IMG/VR virus record: IMGVR_UViG_3300032249_000480
Coordinates: 1 to 64,000 of that record
DNA length: 64,000 bases
Source of the DNA: a virus
Reading direction: 5' to 3' (one strand)
Under the pieces are notes generated by a model. The model ran no database searches and had not been told where the DNA came from. It was given only the letters and a program-made list of their open reading frames with translations. The first letter of the stretch is position 1. Every line of letters begins with the position of its first letter. Shown here piece by piece: positions 46,396 through 56,900 of this stretch. Made by a program: the position numbers and the translations under genes.

Positions 46396-47706
46396 ATGAA
46401 TATCAATAAAGCCCACTGGTCAACTGAAGGAACAAGTGTTCGTCTCTCAATGCCTTTTGCTAAGGTAGACGCAGAGCGTAGAATTGTATCTGGTTTTGCA
46501 ACTTTGGATAACCTAGATAAGCAAAATGATATTGTTACACAAGAAGCAAGCGTTGCCGCATTTGAAAAATTCAAGGGTAATATCCGTGAAATGCATCAAC
46601 CATTAGCAGTAGGCAAACTAGTATCATTTAAACAAGATCGCTATTTTGATCCTAGCACAAAAAAATTTTATAACGGAGTATATGTTTCTGCATATGTTTC
46701 AAAGGGGGCACAAGATACTTGGGAAAAAGTACTTGATGGAACCCTTTCAAGTTTTTCAATTGGTGGAAATATCCACAAGTGGGACGATGCAATTGATGAA
46801 GCAAGCCAAAAGTCAATTAGAATTATTAAAGACTATGACCTTTTTGAATTATCTTTAGTTGATTCACCAGCAAATCAACTTGCAAATATTTTGTCTGTAC
46901 AAAAGAATGCAGATGGACAAACAACCTTTACTGGATCTTCTTCAGAGGTTGTAGTTGAGAATGTATTCTGGGATTCTACAAATGGTATTGTTTCTTTATC
47001 TCAAAATGATTCAGAAGTGAGTCCAGTTGATGGAACACAAATGAAGAATATAGGCTTTGTTGAAAAAAGTGACAATGAAAAAGCAGAAATGATAAAATTC
47101 TTAGTTGATAGTGCAAAAGGCATTAGTACAATTAAGATGACAAAGGAGGAAAATACAATGACAGAAGATACAAACACAGTCGCTGATGCAGAGGTTGAAA
47201 CAACAACCGCTGATGCACCAGTTGCAGTAGAGTCAGTCGTTGAAGATGCTCCAGAGACAACATCAGAAGAAGTTACAAAGACAGTTGATGAAGTAATTGC
47301 TGAAGACTCTGTTTTGGAAAAAGCAGATGAATCAGTAGATACAGATATTGTTAATGTAGAAAAGTCTGATGAGGCAGTCGCCACTGCCGTTACAGAGATA
47401 AAAGAATCTCTCGCTAATGCCTTTGGAGATTTAACTTCAACAGTTAAATCAATCAGCGACGTAGTTGCTGAATTAAAGAAATCACTTGATAATGTTACAG
47501 AACAAGTTACATCAGTAACTAAGGAAGTATCAGATATTAAGGGTGGAGTAGATGAGTTTGGAAAGAGAGTAGATGCCGTAGAGCAAGATACCGCTTTCCG
47601 CAAGTCTGGCGATCTAGGCGAGATCGTGCAGGAGTTTGCAGAAATGCCAACTCAAAAATCCCTATGGGGCGGACGTTTCCTCAAATCATCCGACCTATTT
47701 AACTAA
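46396..47706 (+). CDS. prohead protease with acidic scaffold extension
   Basis: RIVSGFA, DKQND, REMH, FSIGG, ELSLVDSPAN. Confidence 0.88.
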   Translation: MNINKAHWSTEGTSVRLSMPFAKVDAERRIVSGFATLDNLDKQNDIVTQEASVAAFEKFKGNIREMHQPLAVGKLVSFKQDRYFDPSTKKFYNGVYVSAYVSKGAQDTWEKVLDGTLSSFSIGGNIHKWDDAIDEASQKSIRIIKDYDLFELSLVDSPANQLANILSVQKNADGQTTFTGSSSEVVVENVFWDSTNGIVSLSQNDSEVSPVDGTQMKNIGFVEKSDNEKAEMIKFLVDSAKGISTIKMTKEENTMTEDTNTVADAEVETTTADAPVAVESVVEDAPETTSEEVTKTVDEVIAEDSVLEKADESVDTDIVNVEKSDEAVATAVTEIKESLANAFGDLTSTVKSISDVVAELKKSLDNVTEQVTSVTKEVSDIKGGVDEFGKRVDAVEQDTAFRKSGDLGEIVQEFAEMPTQKSLWGGRFLKSSDLFN

Positions 47707-47741
47707 AAAATATATATAAAAATCACTAGGAGGTGAAATAT

Positions 47742-48866
47742 ATGTCAGAACAAAACACAGAGATCGTAAAGAACTATCCGTCGTCAACTTCACCAGCAGG
47801 AGCATTTAACTCCGAAGGTACTTTTGCGTCAGGTGGTATCGGATCAGTATCTTCTCCAGCAGGAGGGATACTAGGTAACACAGCCACAGCAAATATGGGT
47901 GTTACTACTGGACCAAACGCCGTTAGCCCAACAGGTGCACTAGGAGGAATCCTATTGCCAGAGCAGGCTCGTCGTTTCATTGACTACGTGTGGGATGCAA
48001 CAATTCTCGCCCAAGATGGTCGTAAGGTTACTATGAGAGCCAATACGATTGAACTTGAGAAAGTCAACGTTGGTGAGCGTGTAATTCGTGCAGCAGCACA
48101 AGGCTCAAACGATTACACAAACGCTGGTGCTACATTTACTAAGGTGGAACTAACAACCAAGAAGATTCGTCTTGATTGGGAAATTTCAACTGAAGCACTT
48201 GAAGACAATATTGAAGGAGGAGCACTTGAAGACCACATCGTTCGCTTGATGACTAATGCTTTCGGAAACGACATTGAAGATCTAGCAATTAACGGTGATG
48301 GTGCAACAGGTAACTTCCTTTCAATTATGAACGGTTTCGTAAACCGCACAAAGGCTGTTGGTTCAGGAGCACACGAGTCAATCGTGACTGTTTCAAACAA
48401 CGCATGGACAACTGATGTAATGCAAAACATTATCTTGGCAATGCCACGTAAGTATCGTGCACTTAAGTCAAACCTTAAGTTCTATGCAGGTACAGACGCA
48501 TTCCAGGGTATTATCAAGCACAACGGAACACTTGCTGATGCAGTTGCAGAAGCATTTGCTAACCGTCCAGCGGGTACACCTGCAAACCGTCAGAACTATC
48601 TTGATGGAGTTGGACAGACATTCGGTGGAGCACGTACAACTCGTGTTCTAGGAATTGATGTTCAGGAAGTTCCTTACTACCCTGCAGGATTTGTAGATCT
48701 TACATTCCCACAGAACCGTGTATGGGGATTCCAAAGAGATATCACTGTAAACCGTGAGTACAAGCCAAAGAAGGACACTGTAGAATACACAGTATTCGTT
48801 CGTTTCGGCGTACAATGGGAAGAACTTGATGCAGTTGCTTACGCAGATGCAATCGCAGAATCCTAA
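47742..48866 (+). CDS. major capsid protein (HK97 fold)
   Basis: GGILLPEQA..FID, EALEDNIEG, DIEDLAINGD; strong GGAGG RBS; highly biased codons. Confidence 0.92.
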   Translation: MSEQNTEIVKNYPSSTSPAGAFNSEGTFASGGIGSVSSPAGGILGNTATANMGVTTGPNAVSPTGALGGILLPEQARRFIDYVWDATILAQDGRKVTMRANTIELEKVNVGERVIRAAAQGSNDYTNAGATFTKVELTTKKIRLDWEISTEALEDNIEGGALEDHIVRLMTNAFGNDIEDLAINGDGATGNFLSIMNGFVNRTKAVGSGAHESIVTVSNNAWTTDVMQNIILAMPRKYRALKSNLKFYAGTDAFQGIIKHNGTLADAVAEAFANRPAGTPANRQNYLDGVGQTFGGARTTRVLGIDVQEVPYYPAGFVDLTFPQNRVWGFQRDITVNREYKPKKDTVEYTVFVRFGVQWEELDAVAYADAIAES

Positions 48867-48892
48867 AAAATAGTTCTTAATTGAACCTGATT

Positions 48893-48921
48893 GGGGGGGC
48901 GGATAAAACCGCCCCTCCTTT
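48893..48921 (+). terminator. terminator after major capsid gene
   Basis: GGGGGGGCGG/CCGCCCCTCC hairpin followed by TTT. Confidence 0.7.
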
Positions 48922-48938
48922 CCACTTTAAGGAGAAAT

Positions 48939-49184
48939 ATGTCATATTCAAGTACAAATCCAAATCAAACATTAAATGCAGATGGTGCATTGGCAATTGG
49001 TAATGTAGGTGGAGTTATTATAATGGGTACGAATGGATTAATTACTCAAGATAATGCATTAGGGAATATTAATGGAGATGTAATTTTTGGGGATACAACA
49101 GGACCAAATGCAGTAAATCCATCAGGAATACCATCAGGTGGCAAAAAACCACAACAAAATAATTTTATTAGTTATAAAAGATAA
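48939..49184 (+). CDS. small protein similar to the capsid N-terminal arm
   Basis: GDTTGPNAVNPSG versus capsid GVTTGPNAVSPTG; AAGGAG RBS. Confidence 0.65.
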   Translation: MSYSSTNPNQTLNADGALAIGNVGGVIIMGTNGLITQDNALGNINGDVIFGDTTGPNAVNPSGIPSGGKKPQQNNFISYKR

Positions 49185-49216
49185 GCATTCTGGTATAATA
49201 AACACAGGAGGATTCA

Positions 49217-49438
49217 ATGACAAATTCAAAAACAGTTAAGCCTGTTAAAGAAGAAATAACAAACAAAGTTAATGAAACAGTAGCAATATTTTCTTCTAGA
49301 AATTTATATTGGAACGAAGTAGGATCTTTGATTATTGGCTATAACATTGTGTCTTCAGAAAATTCAGAAAGATGGCTGCAACATAAAGCAGTACGCTTGG
49401 CTAGTCCAGAAGAGGTGGCGAAAGCCTACGGTAAATAA
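49217..49438 (+). CDS. small head-module protein
   Basis: GGAGG RBS; late promoter. Confidence 0.65.
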   Translation: MTNSKTVKPVKEEITNKVNETVAIFSSRNLYWNEVGSLIIGYNIVSSENSERWLQHKAVRLASPEEVAKAYGK

Positions 49439-49440
49439 AT

Positions 49441-50403
49441 ATGATAATTAATAGACAACCACCATACCCAATTAGCATTGTCTACGATGTACCATCACCA
49501 AATGTAAGTTATCGCTTTACAATTGAAAATGATAAAGGTACTATTGCAAAAGATGTACTTATAACCTCAAGTGCAAGTTCAAAGATAACTTATGTTTTAA
49601 CTGGAGATTTTCTTGCATACGATCATGATTATGATGTTAATATTTATACAACAACAGGAACAGAAAAATATGCGGTTGTTCAAGATACATTAAATGTTAT
49701 TAGACCATATGTAGATGTAAGAAAACTAGTAACAACTGCATCAGAAATAGCAAAATATGAAGAAGACGAATTACTTGCAAGAACAATTATAAATTCAGTA
49801 ATTGGTCCAGATGGCTTTATGTTTCAAAAAAATATACTAGAGGTTGTTGGACAAGGAACAGACTATTTACCATTGTGGAATCGTGGATATAGAGTTCTAG
49901 GGGTATATGAAAATTCAGAACTTGTATATGACTTATCTTTAGAAGAACCAGCAATTACTGGATACACATATGGAGTAACAGTAGATGGATCAGCCATATA
50001 TAAAGATGACGCAAGTTTGGGTAGTTATAATCGTGCTGAGAAAAAACCACTAGAATATAGAAGGTCTGTATCAGATTCCTTTAATGCATATAGTGCTTTG
50101 GATACTCCAACATTTAGCGCAAACAATACTGGAGTTATGTTTCCAGAGGGAGTAGACTACGTAATTGTTTATGAAACAGGATATAAGGTTGTTCCAAATG
50201 ACATAAAAGATGCAACACTTAGATTGATGGATGACATTCGTTGCGGTAAACTAGATTATTATAAACGAGCAATTGAGTCTTATCAAACTGATCAGTTTAC
50301 AATCAAATGGGATAAGAGACATCTTGAGGGTACTGGCAACTTAATGGTAGATAAAACTCTAGAAAAATATACAACAACATTGCGTAAACCTTGGGTGATT
50401 TAA
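49441..50403 (+). CDS. head-tail adaptor
   Basis: Y.TGY..VPNDIKDAT; position after capsid. Confidence 0.7.
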   Translation: MIINRQPPYPISIVYDVPSPNVSYRFTIENDKGTIAKDVLITSSASSKITYVLTGDFLAYDHDYDVNIYTTTGTEKYAVVQDTLNVIRPYVDVRKLVTTASEIAKYEEDELLARTIINSVIGPDGFMFQKNILEVVGQGTDYLPLWNRGYRVLGVYENSELVYDLSLEEPAITGYTYGVTVDGSAIYKDDASLGSYNRAEKKPLEYRRSVSDSFNAYSALDTPTFSANNTGVMFPEGVDYVIVYETGYKVVPNDIKDATLRLMDDIRCGKLDYYKRAIESYQTDQFTIKWDKRHLEGTGNLMVDKTLEKYTTTLRKPWVI

Positions 50404-50404
50404 T

Positions 50405-50857
50405 ATGGCTACAGTTAATTGTGAAGCCACAGATTTATATTTTCCAATGCTTGCAGATATTTATTATCCAATAATTAGTCAAGGATCATATGGAGAAGTA
50501 AAAAAGGATTGGGTGTTTGATAGAACTATTGCACTTAATGTTATGCCATATTCCAAAAAAAATTCAGGAGAAATTAGTCCAGCAGTTTTTTTACAATATA
50601 AAGACATCTTAATTGGCAGAACAAGAACAGATTTAAGAGTAACCACAAGAGAAGTAAATGAAGCCTTAACTAACATATTATTGACTAATATCAGAACTGC
50701 TTCTGGTCAACTTATATACGAAGAAACTGCAGGACCTAGAAATGGCAAGGGTACAATATACGAATTAGCAGCATATGACCCACATCTTGCTCCTTATGGC
50801 AACATTGACTACTATGGATTTACAATTCGCAGATCAGAAAATCAAGCGGTAAATTAA
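50405..50857 (+). CDS. head-closure protein
   Basis: Gene order; YGEVKKDW. Confidence 0.55.
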   Translation: MATVNCEATDLYFPMLADIYYPIISQGSYGEVKKDWVFDRTIALNVMPYSKKNSGEISPAVFLQYKDILIGRTRTDLRVTTREVNEALTNILLTNIRTASGQLIYEETAGPRNGKGTIYELAAYDPHLAPYGNIDYYGFTIRRSENQAVN

Positions 50858-51534
50858 TGAGAGTTCGCTTTGATACTAAAAAGTTTGATTCACAAATGCT
50901 TAATTTTATACAGTATTCAACTGGTTTCCTAGAAGGTATTCAAAAAGGTAAAGGTATATTTTTAAAACATTTATCTACTGGAACAATAGAAGGATTAAAA
51001 AGATATATTGATTCAAATGCAAGAGGAAATCCGCAAGCACTACAACATATGTATGAGTGGTATAAAACAGGAAGTCCAGAAGCAAGACTTTACAATATTG
51101 ACTACAGGATAGTAGGAGATGGAATCTCTATTAATTCAACATTTAGACAATCAACTTCAATAGCAAACGATAGCGAAGTGCCTTTTTATAATAAAGCAAA
51201 AATTATGGAAAATGGAATTCCAATAAGCATTAAGCCAAAAAATAGTTCAGTGCTTGCATTTAAGATAGATGGCGAAGAAATATTTACAAAAAGAGAAATA
51301 AGGATTCCAACACCTGGAGGTCCAGAAGCAAGAGGATCTTATGAAAAAATATTTGATGAATTTTTTAGATTATATTTTTCACAATCATTTTTAAAGGCTT
51401 CAGGACTATTTACCTATTTAGAAAATCCTATGGCATATAAACTTAATCTGGCATCTGGAGTAAAAAATGGAAAATCAAAAGGAATAGAAACAGGATATAA
51501 TTGGATCATTGATGCAAAGATTGGACTAGACTAA
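50857..51534 (+). CDS. neck/tail completion protein
   Basis: Gene order. Confidence 0.5.
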   Translation: MRVRFDTKKFDSQMLNFIQYSTGFLEGIQKGKGIFLKHLSTGTIEGLKRYIDSNARGNPQALQHMYEWYKTGSPEARLYNIDYRIVGDGISINSTFRQSTSIANDSEVPFYNKAKIMENGIPISIKPKNSSVLAFKIDGEEIFTKREIRIPTPGGPEARGSYEKIFDEFFRLYFSQSFLKASGLFTYLENPMAYKLNLASGVKNGKSKGIETGYNWIIDAKIGLD

Positions 51535-51535
51535 T

Positions 51536-52084
51536 ATGGGTAAAACAGTAGCAGCATTGCCATATCCACCAAAGTGGATCAACAAATATATTTTTGATGA
51601 ACTTGCAAAGTATGATGATATTGGAGTAAGTGCTGTTTCACAACTAACTCCTATTTTTGCTACAAGCCCAACAAACACAGAAGAAATATATAAAAATGTA
51701 GTTCAGGCTACATCAATATCAGAACCCCTAGTAATTATATATGACAGACTAATAACCTTTAGACCATCAGTTTTTTACCCACACAAAAGAGAGCAACTTC
51801 TTTACTACCTATACAGCACAAGCCTAGCAAATGTAAATAATGCAAATATCGTCATATCCCAACTTTTGGATAGAGAAGACGCAGCAGCCCAAGACCTAAA
51901 TGCTTTCTGTGCAGCCAATACTGGTGGAGAAGACTTTAATGTTTTTTTCAGAAATATCAAGGTATATCAGGCTCAAGAAGCCAGAGACGTATTAGACCTA
52001 GCATCAGCAAGAACAATGTTTGTAAATAAACTCATTATTGAGTATGACTATCATGCTCAGTATAACGCAAATTCATATAAATAA
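51536..52084 (+). CDS. tail terminator-like protein
   Basis: Directly before the major tail gene. Confidence 0.5.
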   Translation: MGKTVAALPYPPKWINKYIFDELAKYDDIGVSAVSQLTPIFATSPTNTEEIYKNVVQATSISEPLVIIYDRLITFRPSVFYPHKREQLLYYLYSTSLANVNNANIVISQLLDREDAAAQDLNAFCAANTGGEDFNVFFRNIKVYQAQEARDVLDLASARTMFVNKLIIEYDYHAQYNANSYK

Positions 52085-52163
52085 AAACGCTGTTATAATT
52101 GATACTGAGGAAACAAATTTCGCCGTACAACTTAATAAAATCTTAATAGAAGAGGTGATATAA

Positions 52164-52799
52164 ATGGCTTATACACGTGGTAATAATCAAAACATTATCG
52201 TCGGTGCAGCATCATTCTTTATTGCTAACTACATTCTTGGTTCAGGTGGACTACCAGCACAAAATGCTAATACGTCTTATCGTGAAGTGTTGTCTAATGC
52301 AGGCAACTTCCGCAATGTTGGTTACACAATGAACGGACTTGACCTAACTTTCACACCAAACTTTGGTGAAGTTTCAGTAGATCAAATTCTTGATGTTGCA
52401 AAACTATACAAGCAGGGCATGGAAGTCAGTCTTAAGACTGCATTTGCAGAAGCCACTCTTGAAAACCTATTGGTAGCATTGGCTTACAATTCTGCAGAAT
52501 TAACAGGAACAAAGTTGTCTTCAGCAGGACAAACTATGGTTCTTTCAGCAGGAGACATTGGTGAGTGCCCAGTAGAGCGTGGTATCGTAGCAGTAGGACC
52601 TGGAACAGGTGACTGCGATGATTCATCACACATTGAACGTATCTATGCAGCATACCGTGCATTGTCAATTGACAACGTAACAGTATCAGCAAAGCGTGAC
52701 GCTCCATCTATGTTTGAAGTGACATTCCGTCTACTTCCAGATGATGAGACAGCATCATACGGAAAGATCATTGATCGTTCCTGGACTATTCTTTCATAA
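52164..52799 (+). CDS. major tail tube protein
   Basis: NIIVGA, VGYT..G, VDQ, AEATLENL; followed by a terminator. Confidence 0.85.
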   Translation: MAYTRGNNQNIIVGAASFFIANYILGSGGLPAQNANTSYREVLSNAGNFRNVGYTMNGLDLTFTPNFGEVSVDQILDVAKLYKQGMEVSLKTAFAEATLENLLVALAYNSAELTGTKLSSAGQTMVLSAGDIGECPVERGIVAVGPGTGDCDDSSHIERIYAAYRALSIDNVTVSAKRDAPSMFEVTFRLLPDDETASYGKIIDRSWTILS

Positions 52800-52818
52800 T
52801 TATAGTCTAATCAGCATT

Positions 52819-52850
52819 GCCCATCTCTTGTTGAGGTGGGCTTTGTTGTT
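52819..52850 (+). terminator. terminator after major tail gene
   Basis: GCCCATCTC/GAGGTGGGC stem followed by a T-rich tail. Confidence 0.7.
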
Positions 52851-52869
52851 TTATGGTAAAATTAAAACG

Positions 52870-53589
52870 ATGGCTACTTATATATATAAAATAAATAATG
52901 TCAAAACAATTGACGGTATGGATATAGAAATTATTCCATTAAAGATTAAATACATGCGACAGGTCATGGATGTTTTTGCATCAATAAAAATTGAAACAAC
53001 AGAAGATGAACTTATTGATATTTTATGTGAATGTGTAAGAATTGGAATGAAACAATATTATCCAAAACTATCTAACAGTATTCAAGACATATTAGATAAT
53101 TTTGATTTAAATACATTGTATGATATTTTAGAAATGTCAGTAGGGATAAAAATAAAACGAAAGTTTGATCAATTAGATGAAGATAAAAAGGTTAGCAATT
53201 CAGAGGATGATGCTAATTGGGACAACTTAGATCTTGCCAAGTTAGAAAATGAAATATTTTTGCTTGGAATATGGAAAGATTATAATGAACTTGAACTATC
53301 TTTATCTATGCCAGAATTATTATCAACCATAGCAAGCAGCAGAGAGTTAGATTATCAAGAAAAGAAATTTTTAGCAGCCATGCAAGGTGTTGACTTAGAA
53401 GAAAGTTCTAGTTCAGGCAAAGGTCAAAAAGAATGGGAAGACATGAAGGCTAGAGTATTTAGTGGTGGTGCAACAAATGATAGTAAGGATATTCTTGCAT
53501 TGCAAGGACAAAATGCAGTAAAGGCAGGGTTTGGAATTGGCATGGGATTAGACTATGAGGACTCTAGAAATCCTGCTGTTATGCTATAA
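52870..53589 (+). CDS. tail assembly chaperone, long (GT-like) form
   Basis: N-terminal ~95 aa similar to 53619..53933; leaderless start at 52870. Confidence 0.7.
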   Translation: MATYIYKINNVKTIDGMDIEIIPLKIKYMRQVMDVFASIKIETTEDELIDILCECVRIGMKQYYPKLSNSIQDILDNFDLNTLYDILEMSVGIKIKRKFDQLDEDKKVSNSEDDANWDNLDLAKLENEIFLLGIWKDYNELELSLSMPELLSTIASSRELDYQEKKFLAAMQGVDLEESSSSGKGQKEWEDMKARVFSGGATNDSKDILALQGQNAVKAGFGIGMGLDYEDSRNPAVML

Positions 53590-53618
53590 TTGACCTAACC
53601 TAATTAGGAGGGTAAAAA

Positions 53619-53933
53619 ATGGCAACAACAGTATATGAGCCAAAAAAAGTATCACTTATTGACGGAACACTGGTAGAAGTGCGTCCACTAAAAATCTCTC
53701 TTTTGCGTGAATTCACAAAAAAGTTTGAGGGAATTGAAGCAGTAGCAGATGACAACGATAAGTCTATGACCATTCTTCTTGAATGTGTTCAGATTGCAAT
53801 GAAGCAGTACAAGCCAGAACTAGCGTTGGATATTAAAGTCCTTGAAGACAATATTGATCTTCCAACAGTTTATCAAATTATTGAAGCAGCATCTGGTACA
53901 AACCTTGATGCTTCTGGTCAATTAAATATTTAA
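53619..53933 (+). CDS. tail assembly chaperone, short (G-like) form
   Basis: Between major tail and tape measure genes; GGAGG RBS. Confidence 0.7.
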   Translation: MATTVYEPKKVSLIDGTLVEVRPLKISLLREFTKKFEGIEAVADDNDKSMTILLECVQIAMKQYKPELALDIKVLEDNIDLPTVYQIIEAASGTNLDASGQLNI

Positions 53934-53959
53934 AAAATAATGTAAAGAGGTGTTCATGA

Positions 53960-56900
53960 ATGAGTGATATTAATGCTAACATAGGGGTTAATTTTGACAC
54001 GGCCCAAGCATTAGCAGAACTCAAAAATCTACAACGCCAACTTTCACAATTCCATACATCTATATCTAGGACTAGTGAAAGTGCAGCCATTGCACAAAAG
54101 AATTTACAAACAAATCTTTTAAATTCTGTTAATGCAACAGGCAACTTTATAGCACAGATGGGTGTCATTAAGACATCAACGGAGTCGTTTACTCACGCAC
54201 TTGAAAACAATAAACTTTCTATGCGTGAGTATTTCCGTTATGCAGGCGGAGCATCTAAAACTTTTGGAAGATTATTTACCAATGAGTTTAATACAATTGG
54301 CAGGGTAGCGGAAGAAAGAGTAAAGAGACTTCAAACCCAATATATTAAAATGGGTCGTGATACAACAGGTGCAATGAAGGCTATGTCAATCATGCCTGCA
54401 ACTCTTGATATTAATAGCATGTCAACACAAATGCAAATATCAGCACAGAAGCAAGCAATCTTTAATCAGTTACTTAAGCAAGGATCTACTCAACTTCTTA
54501 ATTTTGGTAAAAATACACAGTGGGCTGGCCGTCAACTTATGGTTGGTTTTACAATTCCTCTTATTGCAATGGGATCATCAGCAACAAAGGCTTTCCAAGA
54601 TATTGAATTGGCTGCTATTAAGTTTAAAAGAGTATATGGAGATTTGGGAACAAGCCAACAAGAAACTGATGCAATGCTTGCTCAAATTAGATCTATTGGA
54701 GATGCATATACTAAATATGGAGTAGCAGTAAAAGATACAATTGCTCTGGCAGCAGATGCAGCAGCAGCAGGTTTTGCAAATCAAGATTTAATTGCACAAA
54801 CAACACAGGCAACTAAACTATCTGTTTTAGGACAAATTGATCAACAGCAAGCCCTTGAAACAACAATTTCTCTTCAGAGTGCTTTTGGTATTTCTGCAGC
54901 AGAACTTGCAACAACAATTGACTTTTTAAACTCAGTAGAAAACCAAACTGTTGTATCTCTTGACGACATAACAACAGCAATTCCAAAGGTAGCACCTGTT
55001 ATTCAGCAACTTGGTGGAGACGTAAAAGATTTAGCATTCTTTATGACTGCAATGAAAGAAGGTGGAGTAAATGCGTCAGAAGGTGCTAACGCTTTAAAGT
55101 CTGGACTTGCATCTTTAATTAATCCCTCAACAAAGGCAAGTGCAATGCTTGCAAGTGTTGGAATAAATATTAAAGAGATTGTTGAAAAAGATAAGGGAAA
55201 TTTAAAAAAGACAGTTCTTGATGTAGGTGCAGCACTTGATACGCTTGACCCATTATCACGTGCTAGAGCAATTGAGCAAATGTTTGGTAAATTCCAATTT
55301 GCACGTATGTCAACTTTATTTGATAACATTAATAAGCAAGGAAGCCAGGCGTCAAGAGTATTAGATTTAATGGGAATGTCAGCATCAGATTTAGCAAGCA
55401 TAACAGATAAAGAATTAGGTATTCAAGGAGCATCTTCACTTACAAAATTTAGAGCAGCAATTGAAAAACTTAAAGCAACACTAGCGCCAGTGGGCGAGTT
55501 GTTTATGAAAATATTTACACCAATTCTTGAAAATATTAGTGGTTTATTAGATAGATTTAATAATCTTTCAGATGGTGTTAAAAAAACAATCGGAGTAATC
55601 GTTGCAGTTGTTGCTGGATTAGGTCCAATCGTACTTATGACATTTGGTTTACTTATGAATGCTTTTGCAAATGGAATCAAATTATTTGCAACTTTACGTG
55701 CAGGATACCAAAGATTAACTGGTGGTTCAGTAGAACTTGGACAGCAAACTCAATATTTAACAATGGAACAACTTGATGCTGCAGCAGCAGCACATTCACT
55801 TGATCAATCTCATGCAAAATTAATACAAACATTTAATTTAGAAGCAGGTTCAGTAAATAGTCTAAGAAATGCATACTCTAATGCAACAGTAGCAGCAAAA
55901 AACTTTTCACTTGCTAATCCTGGGATGATATCTCGTACAGCAGTAAAGAGGTTTGCATCAGGAGGAGTTGTTCGTGGTCCTGGAACAGGAACTTCAGATT
56001 CAATTCCAGCAATGCTTTCAAATGGTGAAACAGTTGTTCCTGCTAAACAAAGTAAAAAATATGGTGGTTTGCTTAGTGGAATTATTGCTAATAATATCCC
56101 TGGTTTTGCGGGAGGTAGGATAGGATTTGATGGACAATCTTATGATATTCCAACTTCTACTGGTCAAAAAGCACTTGATGAAATTATTGGTAAATTCAGT
56201 AAAGATACTGAAGGATTAACATTTGCATTAGAAGCATTACAAGACAATGCAAATGAACTTGGAATGTCATTTAAAGTTAATGCAGATACACTTTCAAAGT
56301 TTTTAGATGAAGTTGGAGTACAAAGAAATAATCCTAAAGGCTCATCTGCAACACCATACAAAGGACAAAAGTATGTTGCTGCTCATGCAATGGGAAATTT
56401 ACCAGATATAACAGATCCTAAAGAACTTGAACGACTTGCTGCTGCTACAGACTCAGCAACTTTAGCAAAACTTTTACGTGCAGACGCTGCTGCTGGTAAA
56501 CCAGTTAAACAATTTAGCAATTTTGTAAATGTTTTGCCAGAAGAAGCAAATAAAAAGTCACGTGGCGGAAACTTTATTATGGGCAGAGATGAGATGGCTG
56601 GACTATATTCTGGTCCACAAAGTGATAGAACTTTAGCCATGGTTTATAAAACAATAATGGATAAAGAAAATTTAGCATTTCAAGATCTTATTAATGATCC
56701 AAATTTAATGCAAGGAATAACTGGTAGTGTTAGAAATCTTGGTAAATTAATTTCAGAAGAAATAAGTCTTCTTCCAGAGCATTTTGGAGAAGAAGAATTT
56801 TATGCTGCAGTAGACAGGGCCGTAAAAAGAGTTGATGTTGCAGATTCTAGACTTAGGGGAGCCGTTGATGATATGCAAAAACCAGCAATGCTTGCTCCTA

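Noticed and set aside
53584-53603. IdeR/DtxR box
   Set aside because: Only one half-site (CCTAACCTAA) matches.
52741-53960. Programmed -1 frameshift in the tail chaperone
   Set aside because: The long form is one continuous ORF upstream of the short form, and no T-like frame follows the short gene.
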